Assembly: GCA_002269645.1 (NCBI GenBank)
Contig: NIVC01000436.1
Span: 186,001 to 250,000, forward strand
DNA from: Macrostomum lignano
Taxonomy: Eukaryota
Length of the DNA stretch: 64,000 nucleotides
Reading direction: 5' to 3'
Below the pieces are notes generated by a model that saw nothing but the letters and a program-made list of their open reading frames with translations, was not told where the DNA came from and did not search any database. A program made the translations under genes and the position numbers. Shown piece after piece: positions 11,701 to 24,203 of this stretch (the stretch's first letter is position 1; every line of letters starts with the position of its first letter).

Positions 11701-14700
11701 ACCTGTTAGATAGGAGATTTACCTGTTAGATAGGAGTTCTACCTGTTAGATAGGAGATTTACCTGTTAGATAGGAGTTCTACCTGTTAGATAGGAGATTT
11801 ACCTGTTAGATAGGAGATTTACCTGTTGGATAGGAGTTCTACCTGTTAGATAGGAGTTCTACCTGTTAGATAGGAGATTTACCTGTTGGATAGGAGTTCT
11901 ACATGTACCTGTTGGGTAGGAGATTTACCTGTTAGACAGGAATTTTACCTGTTAGATAGGAGATTTACCTGTTAGATAGTAGTTCTACCTGTTAGATAGG
12001 AGTTCTATCTGTTAGATAGGAGATTTACCTGTTAGATAGGAGATTTACCTGTTAGATAGGAGTTCTACATGTACCTGTTGGATAGGAGATTTACCTGTTA
12101 GACTGGAGATTTACCTGTTAGATAGGAGATTTACCTGTTAGACTGGAGATTTACCTGTTAGATAGGAGATTTACCTGTTGGATAGGAGTTCTACATGTAC
12201 CTGTTGGGTAGGAGATTTACCTGTTAGACAGGAATTTTACCTGTTAGATAGGAGATTTACCTGTTAGATAGGAGATTTACCTGTTGGATAGGAGTTCTAC
12301 ATGTACCTGTTGGGTAGGAGATTTACCTGTTAGACAGGAATTTTACCTGTTAGATAGGAGATTTACCTGTTAGATAGTAGTTCTACCTGTTAGATAGGAG
12401 TTCTATCTGTTAGATAGGAGATTTACCTGTTAGATAGGAGATTTACCTGTTAGATAGGAGTTCTACATGTACCTGTTGGATAGGAGATTTACCTGTTAGA
12501 CTGGAGATTTACCTGTTAGATAGGAGATTTACCTGTTAGACTGGAGATTTACCTGTTAGATAGGAGATTTACCTGTTGGATAGGAGTTCTACATGTACCT
12601 GTTGGGTAGGAGATTTACCTGTTAGACAGGAATTTTACCTGTTAGATAGGAGATTTACCTGTTAGATAGGAGATTTACCTGTTGGATAGGAGTTCTACAT
12701 GTACCTGTTGGGTAGGAGATTTACCTGTTAGACAGGAATTTTACCTGTTAGATAGGAGATTTACCTGTTAGATAGTAGTTCTACCTGTTAGATAGGAGTT
12801 CTATCTGTTAGATAGGAGATTTACCTGTTAGATAGGAGATTTACCTGTTAGATAGGAGTTCTACATGTACCTGTTGGGTAGGAGATTTACCTGTTAGACA
12901 GGAATTTTACCTGTTAGATAGGAGATTTACCTGTTAGATAGTAGTTCTACCTGTTAGATAGGAGTTCTATCTGTTAGATAGGAGATTTACCTGTTAGATA
13001 GGAGATTTACCTGTTGGATAGGAGTTCTACATGTACCTGTTGGGTAGGAGATTTACCTGTTAGACAGGAATTTTACCTGTTAGATAGGAGATTTACCTGT
13101 TAGATAGTAGTTCTACCTGTTAGATAGGAGTTCTATCTGTTAGATAGGAGATTTACCTGTTAGATAGGAGATTTACCTGTTAGATAGGAGTTCTACATGT
13201 ACCTGTTGGATAGGAGATTTACCTGTTAGACTGGAGATTTACCTGTTAGATAGGAGATTTACCTGTTAGATAGGAGATTTACCTGTTAGATAGGAGTTCT
13301 ACATGTACCTGTTGGATAGGAGATTTACCTGTTAGACTGGAGATTTACCTGTTAGATAGGAGATTTACCTACTAGACAGAAGTTTACCTGTTAGACAAGA
13401 GCTGTACATGTTAGACAGGTGCTGATCATGTTAGACAGGAGCTGTACATGTTAGACAGGAGGTGTACATGTTAGACAGGAGGTGTATATGTTAGGCAGGA
13501 GCTGTACCTGTTAGACACGAGCTGTACATGTTAGACAGGACCAGTAACTAATTTTACTCTGGTTCTGTTACAGACTGTCTCTGCATCCTGTGCCCAATGG
13601 ACCTGTCCGGTTTAACGCAGCTGCGCTCCGATGCCCTCTCCGGTCAACTCGAACGAGAATTAGTCAACTGTTTCGTTAATCCGGTGTCGTTGAAAAAATT
13701 GCTCTTAAAAGAGCTCAATATGAAAGTTCGCTACTGGACTGGAGAGCTCGACTGTGTTGAGCAGGAATGGAAGGACGGAAGAATGCCTTGGCAGTTCGAC
13801 ATGAGCAGCGATGGTTTGTACTTGAACATCCCTGTGCCTATCTTCTACCCTGGCTACACTCGCCCCTACTGTCTATTCTAATACCCGTTCCGACATCTGT
13901 AATAACCGTTCCGACATCTCTATTACCCGTTCCGACATCTGTAATAACCGTTCCGACATCTGTAATACCCGTTCCGACATCTGTAATACCCGTTCCGACA
14001 TCTCTAATACCCGTTCCGACATCTGTAATACCCGTTCCGACATCTCTAATACCTGTTTCGACATCTGTAATACCCATTCCGACATCTGTAATAACCGTTC
14101 CGACATCTGTAATAACCGTTCCGACATCTTTAATACCCGTTCCGACATCTGTAATACCCGTTCCGACATCTTTAATACCCGTTCCGACATCTGTAATAAC
14201 CGTTCCGACATCTTTAATACCCGTTCCGACATCTCTAATACCCGTTCCGACATCTGTAATACCCGTTCCGACATCTGTAATACCCGTTCTGACATCTGTA
14301 AAAACCGTTTCGACATCTGTAATACCCGTTCCGACATCTCTAATACCTGTTTCGACATCTGTAATACCCATTCCAACATCTGTAATAACCGTTCTGACAT
14401 CTGTAATAACCGTTCCGACATCTTTGATACCCGTCCCGACATCTGTAACACCCGTTCTGACATCTGTAAAAACCGTTCCAACATCTGTAATACCCGTTCC
14501 GACATCTGTAATAACCGTTCCGACATCTGTAAAAGCCGTTCCGACATCTGTAATAACCGTTCCGACATCTGTAATAACCGTTCCGACATCTGTAATAACG
14601 GTTCCGACATCTGTAATACCCGTTCCGACATCTGTAATACCCGTTCTGACATCTGTAAAAGCCGTTCCGACATCTGTAATAATCGTTCCGCCGTTCCGAC

Positions 14701-15398
14701 ATCTCTAGTACAAGTTCCGACATCTGTGATAACCGTTCCGACATTCCCAAGACCCATGTCTCCCCCGACCCGCAGAGAAGTGCTGCCGGATGCTCAGGCT
14801 GGCCCGGCAATTCCAGCTGTCGCGGCTCCAGCACCCCACCGCCGGCTCGCTGCCCCGACTCCGCCAGCTCGAGTCGCACTTCGAGTCCAACCTGACTGGC
14901 CTCATCAACTACGCTAAACTGCTAGTCGGCGGAGGCCGCTTGGCCCCACTTGAATCTCTGGCCGAGTTTAGGCAGCTTCGCACTGGCCGGCCGGAGCTTG
15001 CCCGGTGTCCGGACGCGCGCTTCGCCGACGAATATTTGGACGCGTTGAGTCAGGTTGGCATGGCAACGGACGCCTTGGAGAGCGGCGCGTTGGAACCGCT
15101 GAGACAGCTTCGAGTAGGCGGAGAGACGCCCGTGCAACTTGAGCGACGATTGGAGATTGACAACTTGATGTCTGAGATTCGAGAGGCGCTGGCCGACTCG
15201 AACCCGCTGAGCCGGATGCGCCACCAGGCCCTGTACAGACGGATCAGCACCTCGGAGCGGACACTGCTAGGCGGTCTGCTGAGCGTGCTGCCCTGCGCTG
15301 TGCAAATGCTGGCCGACCTTGACGAGGCTCTGGACGCCTATTTCACGGCGGGTGGAGTGCACTTCAGGCCGGCCGATCTCGGAGTGTCGTTCGATTGA
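8792..15398 (+). CDS. Putative 5-exon gene (~450 aa): exons 8792-8911, 9015-9106, 9681-9958, 13574-13813, 14776-15398; contains a probable TRADD-N / DEDD-C-terminal-like domain
   Basis: All junctions are GT-AG and phases are compatible (0,2,1,1); total 1353 nt = 451 codons. The last three exons are GC-rich and well supported. The first two exons and the start codon are weaker (the 9015 acceptor has a poor pyrimidine tract). The segment LRRYFCKRGLLLRTTIEGFTDDCLCILCPMDLSGLTQLRSDALSGQLERELVNCFVNPVSLKKLLLKELNMKV resembles by eye the 'L..L..DY.SG.L...L...L.T..L..L.L.EL.L' pattern of TRADD-N/DEDD-type domains. Confidence 0.6.
9160..9640. repeat. 21-bp minisatellite (TTCCAAGAAATCAGAACCTCT) in predicted intron 2
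   Basis: Direct tandem periodicity. The SKKSEPL ORF is an artefact. Confidence 0.92.
9992..11160. repeat. 14-bp minisatellite (GAGATAGAGGGACT), highly homogeneous, in predicted intron 3
   Basis: Direct tandem periodicity. Confidence 0.97.
11605..13540. repeat. 20-bp minisatellite (ACCTGTTAGATAGGAGATTT) with recurring variant blocks, in predicted intron 3
   Basis: Direct periodicity, with recurrent ACATGT insertion and GACAGGAATTTT variants. Confidence 0.96.
13880..14740. repeat. 21-bp minisatellite (CCGTTCCGACATCTGTAATAC) filling predicted intron 4
   Basis: Direct periodicity. The VPTSVI ORF is an artefact. Confidence 0.96.
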
Positions 15399-15508
15399 GT
15401 ATGACAGCATGCGTTGATTGGAGTTTTATAATTTTAATGTTTATGCATGCTTAATAAAACTGAAAATAATTAGCAATCCTAAAAATTGGTCTTCAGCGAT
15501 GTTATAAA

Positions 15509-15878
<370 letters not shown>

Positions 15879-16219
15879 TTTAAAAACTGAAATTTTTAGT
15901 TCGATAATTCGATGCATCAGAGCAGTCAAACAAAAACAAGTAGGCGAAGGCCCTTTCGTCAAGCTTTAGTCAGTGCTCGTCTAAATTGCTTTAGCCGTTA
16001 CTCCGCTCCAACTGCGTAACTACCTTCGTTAGCAACTCGAAAATCATGCATTCAAAGATAATGGCCTGATCTTTCCAATCTCTTATCATTACGCTGGCTG
16101 GTACTAAGAGACTGTAGCACGAAAGACATTTAAACAATTAGTTGATTAATTGTGTTGCTTAGCATAACTCCAGCGATAGTCGTCAAGGCCAAGCAGTTAA
16201 GCGTACGCTTACTCTTACA

Positions 16220-19200
16220 ATGGTTCAACAAGAAATTGTCCGCACAGCACTTGAGATGATGATACTTATTGCAATGAGTCCGCAATTAGCAACATGCCAG
16301 AAAAGTTGTCCGTCATCCGAATGGATCGAGAACGGAGCGTTTTGCTACCTGCTAGTGAATGGCACAACCGGTAGCAGCTTCGACGAGGCCAGGACGGACT
16401 GTCAGGGTCGGGCGAACGGCGCCGATTCGCTGTGGATCTCAACAAACAGCGAGCTGAGCTGGTTCGAGGACTACCAGGCCAGGGCGTGGAACATTAAGAA
16501 GAACTGGGCGCACTGCACCGACTGTGACAGACGTACGGAAGCCGCCTGGATCGGTGCCTACAGAGACGATTTGGGAATTTTCCGTTGGATTAAGGACAGC
16601 CAAGCGGTGGAAATCAATTTGTAAGTTGTTAAATGAATGAAATGAATAGTAGGTGTCCTAGCTGTAACAGCATTCGCAAAAAATGCAAAAATAATAACTA
16701 AAGACGGCGAAATGTTAAGTAAATTCTCATTTTTGCTTTTCCAGTTAAGACTGAAACTAGCAATCTACGTAAACCTTGGCGTAAATGCAAGCTTTTACGA
16801 TTCTTTCAGGAATTGGTACTTTGGCCAGCCAAAGGACACGCCGCTAGATTACGTCCTAGCAGACGATACTGGATCCAGCATCCGGTACCGGACTGACACC
16901 AGAGAGGCCAACAGAAAGTTCTGGCACTTTTGCAAAGTGCAGCACAAAGAACCCACAACCAACACCCCAATGCCGACTACAACGCTGCCTCCGTACCTCG
17001 GTCCGTGTCCAACGCGATACTGGACCGAGCAGGGCGACTCCTGCTACCTGCTGGTCAAGGGCGAGTCCGGTCGGAGCGTCGATGAGGCCGAGGCAGACTG
17101 CTCAGCTCGGAGCTCTGAGGCCGGACTCTTGTGGATCGAGACGGCAGAGGAGGCCGCCTGGGTCATGGACAACTCAAAGTCGACATGGAACCTGAAGAGA
17201 GACTGGTCTGAGTGCAAGGACTGCCAGTCCGCCGCTACAGCTTGGATGTCGCTGAGGAGAACCGGAGACGTGTGGACTTGGGGAGCAAAGACCGGCATCG
17301 ATCAGTCTGCAGTGTCAGTGACTCTAGCTAATAACAGTTTCTCATTCCCCTTGCTTCAATAGCAGTATGACTATCTGAAATCCTTGTTTATTTCAGACGG
17401 TGGTTCACCGGTCACCCCAGAGCGACTCCGAACGACTTCGGCTCGCTGTACGACACAGGAAACAGCAACGATCTTAGTGTGAGGAGCGAGACCGCCGGGT
17501 CCAAGATGTGGCACATCTGCAAGCTCCGGTTCAGAGAAAGCACAGCCGCGAGTTCGCCGTCCGCGTCGACTCAGCCGGAGACCAGCTCCATCGTCACCTC
17601 CGTGCCTACAACGACGCCGCCGTACGAGGGAGCTTGTCCTTCATCCGAATGGATCGAGAACGGCGCATTCTGCTACCTTCTGGTCAGAGGAGCGACGGGT
17701 AGGAGCTTTGATGAAGCCAGGACCGACTGTCAAAGTCGCGATGCAGGCTCCGACCTGCTGTGGTTCTCTGACCAAAATGAGCTGAACTGGTTCCAGGACT
17801 ACAGTGCCAGGCAGTGGAACATCAAACGGGACTGGGCCAATTGCACAGACTGTGTGAGAGGCCTCGAAGCGGCTTGGATCGGGTTGTACAGGGATGTGGC
17901 TACCGGCGAGTTTAAGTGGCTGAAGACCGGACTGGCGAACGAATTGACCTTGTGAGTTGAACCTGCTTTAACATTCATTCATTTTTAAGCGACACATTGG
18001 GTAAAATTGACGGAGAAACTTTAGAGCATATCTTTTTTATTTAAAATCAGGTAAACTCAAGTGCCAAATTTGTATTCATTAATGGACTGAGAAAATGTTT
18101 TGGATATATTAAAGTGCCTTGTATGCTTTAAAGACAGATGTAGGCACGCGCTCTTAAAAAGATGTAAATCTGGTGCAACTAATGATGTCCGTCTGGTACA
18201 TCTGATGATTTCCATCTTAATGATGTCCATCTTAATGATGTCCATCTTAATGATGTCCATCTTAATGATGTCCATCTTAATGATGTACACCTGGTACATC
18301 TGATGATGTCCATCTGGTGCATCTAGCTCGTAAAGATGTCCATCAGAAGTGCAGCCTTCGTGCAATAAAAATTGTGTCGTACTGCTATCGCTAGAAACAT
18401 TTGCAGAAAAAGAAATGTACCAAAATGCGGAAAAGATATTTTAGTAACAAACATTTATACGCGGGATGTCCAAAGCGACGAAAATGCTACTGAACACGAG
18501 ATCCCACTTTTCAAATCCATTCAAAAATAGAGACTGGTGGCTCAGCCATCCGAAGGACTCGCCGGCCGACTTTGTCATCGCATACGACACCGGATCAAGC
18601 ATCCGGTACCGGACTGACACCAGAGAGGCCAACAGAAAGTTCTGGCACTTCTGCAAAGTGCAGCACAAAGAACCCACAACCACCACCCCAATGCCGACTA
18701 CAACGCTGCCTCCGTACCTCGGTCCGTGTCCAACTCGATACTGGACCGAGCAGGGCGACTCCTGCTACCTGCTGGTCAAGGGCGAGTCCGGTCGGAGCGT
18801 CGATGAGGCCGAGGCAGACTGCTCAGCTCGGAGCTCTGAGGCCGGACTCTTGTGGATCGAGACGGCAGAGGAGGCCGCATGGGTCATGGACAACTCAAAG
18901 TCGACATGGAACCTGAAGAGAGACTGGTCTGAGTGCAAGGACTGCCAGTCCGATGCTACAGCTTGGATGTCGCTGAGAAGAACCGGAGACGTGTGGACTT
19001 GGGGAGCAAAGACCGGCATCGATCAGTCTGCAGTGTCAGTGACTCTAGCTAATAACAGTTTCTCATTCCCCTTGCTTCAATAGCAGCATGACTATCTGAA
19101 ATCCTTGTTTGTTTCAGACGGTGGTTCACCGGTCACCCCAGAGCGACTCCGAACGACTTCGGCTCGCTGTACGACACAGGAAACAGCAACGATCTTAGTG

Positions 19201-19948
19201 TGAGGAGCGAGACCGCCGGGTCCAAGATGTGGCACATCTGCAAGTTCCGGTTCAGAGAAAGCACAGCCGCGAGTTCGCCGTCCGCGTCGACTCAGCCGGA
19301 GACCAGCTCCATCGTCACCTCCGTGCCTACAACGACGCCGCCGTACGAGGGAGCTTGTCCTTCATCCGAATGGATCGAGAACGGCGCATTCTGCTACCTT
19401 CTGGTCAGAGGAGCGACGGGTAGGAGCTTTGATGAAGCCAGGACCGACTGTCAAAGTCGCTATGCAGGCTCCGACCTGCTGTGGTTCTCTGACCAAAATG
19501 AGCTGAACTGGTTCCAGGACTACAGTGCTAGGCAGTGGAACATCAAACGGGACTGGGATCAGTGCACGGACTGTGTGAGAGGCCTCGAAGCGGCTTGGAT
19601 AGGAGCTTATCGATCTGCTAAACAATCCCGCACGTTTATATGGTTAAAGAATGGAATGCAGGTCCAGCTTGGCTTGTATATGTAAGTTCATGTTAAAATA
19701 CTGAATTGCCTCATGTTTAGCAATGCGTTACTCGTGTCATTTATGACTATACCTAATAAATAGTCCTTGTTGCACAATTAATCGAAAACTGTGCATTGCC
19801 GCCTTCCAGCTACTGGTGGATCGGCCACCCAAAGCCGTCCCCAGCGGATTCTGTTCTGATGTTTGACACCGGCCGGGGACTTCGCCTTCGAACTGAAGAT
19901 GGCTCTTCAGGGCGGCGATTTTGGCATTTTTGCAAGACTGCGATTTGA
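16220..19948 (+). CDS. Secreted multi-domain C-type lectin-like protein (888 aa, 5 CTLDs): exons 16220-16620, 16810-17313, 17397-17951, 18531-19034, 19118-19681, 19810-19948
   Basis: All five introns are GT-AG and phase 2; total 2667 nt is in frame to TGA at 19946. There is a hydrophobic N-terminus (MMILIAMSPQLATC). Each domain shows C-P-x-x-W-x4-5-CYL, A..DC, E..W, AWIG/AWM and W-H-[FI]-C-K motifs, separated by P/T-rich linkers. The exact start ATG (16220 vs ~16256) is uncertain. Confidence 0.88.
18178..18320. repeat. 15-bp minisatellite (ATGATGTCCATCTTA) in lectin intron 3
   Basis: Direct periodicity. Confidence 0.85.
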
Positions 19949-22029
19949 TAGACTTTATTCGTTTTCCGTTGATAGATAAATTTGACCATTATTTTAGAAC
20001 AAACGACCTTTTTAAGAACAAATAAAATTTGCTCGTACCGCCGCGGGGTCAAGAAATAAGATCGTCGTAGACTTACTGCTTAGAAAATAAATTGCTTTTT
20101 TGATTTATTTATTGATTACACCTTTGGTTGATTGATTTTTTGTTACTTTAATTAATTATTTGATTGATTTATGGACCTATGGAGAGTCCAGGAGGTGATG
20201 GTCGCTCGTCCGGTAGGACTTAGGTAACGGGAGGATCTGGAAAAGATTCTCGGTCCTGAAAAAGTAGGTCCGGATTTGAGCCTAGGTAGTTAGGTGAGCC
20301 TTAATTCGCAGATAAACAGATGAATCAAAGTGCTCCGCATTCTCAACACCGGGAGAGGCAGAATGTTCGCACATCATTGGAAATTTTTCTCTAGGTAGCG
20401 ATTTGATATATACATGTGCCTAGTGAAATGGCTATGGCCTGAGCATAGCCTTGGACATGACCTGCTTGTCACCCACCGCGTACCAGTTAATCCCGAGTGG
20501 CAAAACGGCGGTGTTGGAAGTGGGGCCCTAGTCATGCAGTGAAAGATGTCAGTCGCGCCAGCCTTAACCAAGCAATCAGCCAGACAGTTGCTGAGATGAC
20601 CCCAATGTTTAAGAATTCAACCCCAAAGATATTTTGTCAGAGGCACTTTGCAGGCATAAGCAGATGATTGTAAGTTCAAGGGAGTGGATTACCGGCTTTA
20701 ATTGTTGATTGAAGGAATGACATCTCCGATCTCCTCCCAGACAACCTTGCAGCCAGCCAGAATATACTAAGCTCAATGGCTCAGGAGCTGATGGCGAGAA
20801 CTTCATTCTGGAGGATTGGTTAGAGCAAGTGCTAGTGTTGCTGGGAAAGGGTTGTTGCTCCGGACTCAATGCAATACCGGTAGCCAGAGAGGCGATGGAC
20901 CCGCCGCCAGTGAAGATGAGGGATTTCAGGGGCCGTTGTCAGTTTGTCGTTTGCTCATTTTTGATTTGACTTTTTTATCTATACGGTACGCTTCACCCAA
21001 TGGCAACTTCCAATAGTTCTTCAGACTCACAGCCATCACCAATGCCTAAGTCGCCACCGTCATGCCCTTAATCGAATTCCATTCAACTATTGATTCCAAT
21101 GACAACTCATTGGCCACTACGAGTACATTGCAGTAGTCAAAGGCTGCGCCATCGTCGGAGCTGCGTCGATGAGAATATTCTTGGAAAGCCTGATCACAAA
21201 ATCCAGGAAAGCCCTCAGCGTTTGAAAGTCATGTACGAAGAGACGCCGGCATGTTAGGCTTTCTGTTCACCGGGGTCTTAATTTGTCCGGGGGACATCGC
21301 AAAGCATAATTATTCTCGCTTTGCGATAACCTACCCTGGATAATCTAAGTGTTACGAGAAAAAAAATGTGTTGCACGAATTATAATACACCTATAAACGG
21401 AAAGCATCTCAATCAAAGCATTGGAAGAAGGCTGTGGCTCATCGCGCTTCATTCAGCGGATTGCCAGTTTTTGATTTATCGAATTAGATTGGTGAATGGA
21501 GTAACAAACTGCCTTTCGGTTGACAATAGTGTAGCTTTCATTTTAATTCTTTTTGGAGTGTGTGAATTAAGCGCAAAATTGTCATTGAAATATTATTAAA
21601 ATATACACAAATAGGCATGACGCCAACCAGGACTGCCGGTTAGTACCGTTCGAGGAGGGCCAGATCGTAATGCTCCACAGCTCCATCATGAAGCGCGACC
21701 AGGCGCGGTGCCTTAAGGCTCATTCACACCGCCATCAAATGAGGCCAATTTTCGAGTGATCACACAAAATTTCTTTTGATAATTAACTGAGGAGTTCGCT
21801 TTAGCACACCACTAGAGAGAGGGAAAGAGAGAGAGAGAAAGAGAAGAGAGAGAGAATTTAATCCAGTGTCTAAACGCACGAACTCCCACTTCCAGACCCT
21901 AAGCCTGGGAACAAAGTTCAGTGTTCACTTACTGAGCTCGTCTCCTCAAATATTCTTCCTCCGCAGTAGTCTTCTTGAATTCTAGAATCGGCCGAATATG
22001 AGAACTTAATAACTTAGTCCATCGACGTC

Positions 22030-22250
22030 AATATATTCCTCGAATGCAGAAATCGATATATTCCTCGAGTGCAGAAATCGATATATTCCTCGAGTGCAGA
22101 AATCGATATATTCCTCGAGTGCAGAAATCGATATATTCCTCGAGTGCAGAAATCAATATATTCCTCGAGTGCAGAAATCGATATATTCCTCGAGTGCAGA
22201 AATCAATATATTCCTCGAGTGCAGAAATCGATATATTCCTCGGGTGCAAA
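22030..22250. repeat. 25-bp minisatellite (AATCGATATATTCCTCGAGTGCAGA), ~9 copies
   Basis: Direct periodicity. Confidence 0.93.
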
Positions 22251-23358
22251 GATGCGCCCTAATAACAAAGTCAACTCTATAACAATAACGAGGTCCTCCG
22301 AAAGGGCGTCTTCTTCTAGAAATAACGGAATCGGAGTCGTGTGCTCCTATCGGTTACTCTAGGGTACCAAAATCAATCAATCAGTAATCGACTAAGAGTA
22401 TCGGAATCGGTCCGCAGATCCTATCCAATCCCTTAGGAATAGGGAGGCCTCAAATTCAATAACTCAATAAATCGACTGATCAGTAACGGCCGGCAATGAT
22501 ACAGCTCTCAATAATCGAATAACAAAGACTCAAATAACAAAGACTCTAACAAAGGCTTACCAATTGGTGTTTGCCTCTCTCAGAGATATAGCCTTGCTTG
22601 GTAGCTCTGGCTAAGCCTAAGATCTCTTAAGGCTGCTCCGAGTCTGAGGTTTCAGCGAGTTCATTCGACCTTGAGCTTCAAATCGGTTTTATTGATAAGA
22701 ATCAAAAGATGGACTTTGTCTCTTGACCGGTGGGGTTTTACATAGAAAAAGGGGTGAAGCTTGGTTCGCATTTTTAAAATTGACATTTACCATATTTGGA
22801 AGGACATTTTGAAAACCGGTTTTTTGGACTATGGAATGATCACTCGCTGTTTACGTGATATTGCATGTATTACTGAAAATAGAGTATGACGCATGTTAGT
22901 TTTTTAATAGTATTCATGTTTTTTATCTTACTACTTCTAGTAGCCTACTAGGCTTGGAGATCTCTAAATAACGAATCTTTGACAATCACCTCAGTTTTTC
23001 ACGCAATCAACTGACATATACTGAGGAGAATGAGTGGGCTGGGGTGTAGAGGAGGGTGACGCAAGTTTTCCAAAATGTTGCGCGAGCAATACTGTGCGCA
23101 CATATCTCCAGCTGAGCCCAAAATCTTACATATTTTCAGCACGTTTGAGAAAAGGCCAGCGCTCTTATTGATATAACTGGCGCGAGCTAACAAAAAACCT
23201 AGCATCTACAATTTTCCGATCGTCCTTTTTCCTGTTATTTCGATTGTCAGGGTGCCGAAGGTCGTATAGAACAGGATTTTCTAGCACTTTGTTTACCAGG
23301 GGTTTCAGCGGCAACCAACAGGCGCTGCTTTTTTCAAGCTTGCTCATTTCGCTTATGT

Positions 23359-24203
23359 CAGGGGTCGGCGAACTTTTTTTACCCGAAGGGCCAGATAAAG
23401 AACCTTAGAGCAGGGGTCGGCGAACTTTTTTTACCCGAAGGGCCAGATAAAGAACCTTAGAGCAGGGGTCGGCGAACTTTTTTTACCCGAAGGGCCAGAT
23501 AAAGAACCTTAGAGCAGGGGTCGGCAAACTTTTTTACCCGAAGGGCCAGATAAAGAACCTTAGAGCAGGGGTCGGCAAACTTTTTTACCCGAAGGGCCAG
23601 ATAAAGAACCTTAGAGCAGGGGTCGGCAAACTTTTTTACCCCAAGGGCCAGATAAAGAACCTTAGAGCAGGGGTCGGCAAACTTTTTTACCCGAAGGGCC
23701 AGATAAAGAACCTAGAGCAGGGGTCGGCAAACTTTTTTACCCCAAGGGCCAGATAAAGAACCTAGAGCAGTGGTCGGCAAACTTTTTTACCCCAAGGGCC
23801 AGATAAAGAACCTAGAGCAGTGGTCGGCAAACTTTTTTACCCCAAGGGCCAGATAAAGAACCTAGAGCATGACTGCGGTCCAGAGGAAGGAGGTGACGAG
23901 AGGGAATAAAAAAAAGAAGGGGGATAGGAGAAGGGAGAGGCGAGGGAATAAAGGAGCAATGAGGAGAGAGAAGAGGAGAGATGAAATTGGTTAGGAGAGT
24001 AGAAAAAAGAAGCGAGAGGGAGAGTAGGAAAGAGTGAGGAGAGGAGAGAGGAGAAAAGAAGAGGGGAGAGAAGAGCGCTGAGAAGAGACAAACATCGAGC
24101 GGGCCGGAATGCTATTGTGCAGTTTCAAAGAACCGCGAGGGCCGGATGAAGAGGCTTTGCGGGCCGCATATGTGGCCTGCGGGCCGGAGTTTGCCGACAA
24201 CTG
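23359..24203 (+). mobile_element. Non-autonomous hAT (Charlie/Chap-like) element whose left terminus is tandemly amplified 10 times
   Basis: Left TIR CAG(G/T)GGTCGGCAAACT; right TIR AGTTTGCCGACAACTG preceded by the typical GCGGGCCGCA..TGGCC.GCGGGCCG subterminal motif. Flanks GCTTATGT / GCTCATGG match at 6 of 8 positions, consistent with a decayed 8-bp TSD. Confidence 0.8.

Noticed and set aside
12-14757. Long ORFs over tandem arrays (12-1343, 377-1495, 3035-4480, 7108-8109, 9107-9514, 9950-11191, 13767-14708 and similar, also 39219-39932 and 56633-58002)
   Set aside because: They are strictly periodic translations of stop-free repeats, often open in several frames and on both strands, and several lie inside predicted introns.
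20190-21300. GC-balanced, coding-looking minus-strand segment (possible decayed retroelement or gene)
   Set aside because: All frames are interrupted by stops and no recognisable motif was found. It needs a translated search.
22030-23870. Regular short repeats as possible CRISPR arrays
   Set aside because: Units are contiguous with no unique spacers, there are no cas genes, and the context is eukaryotic.
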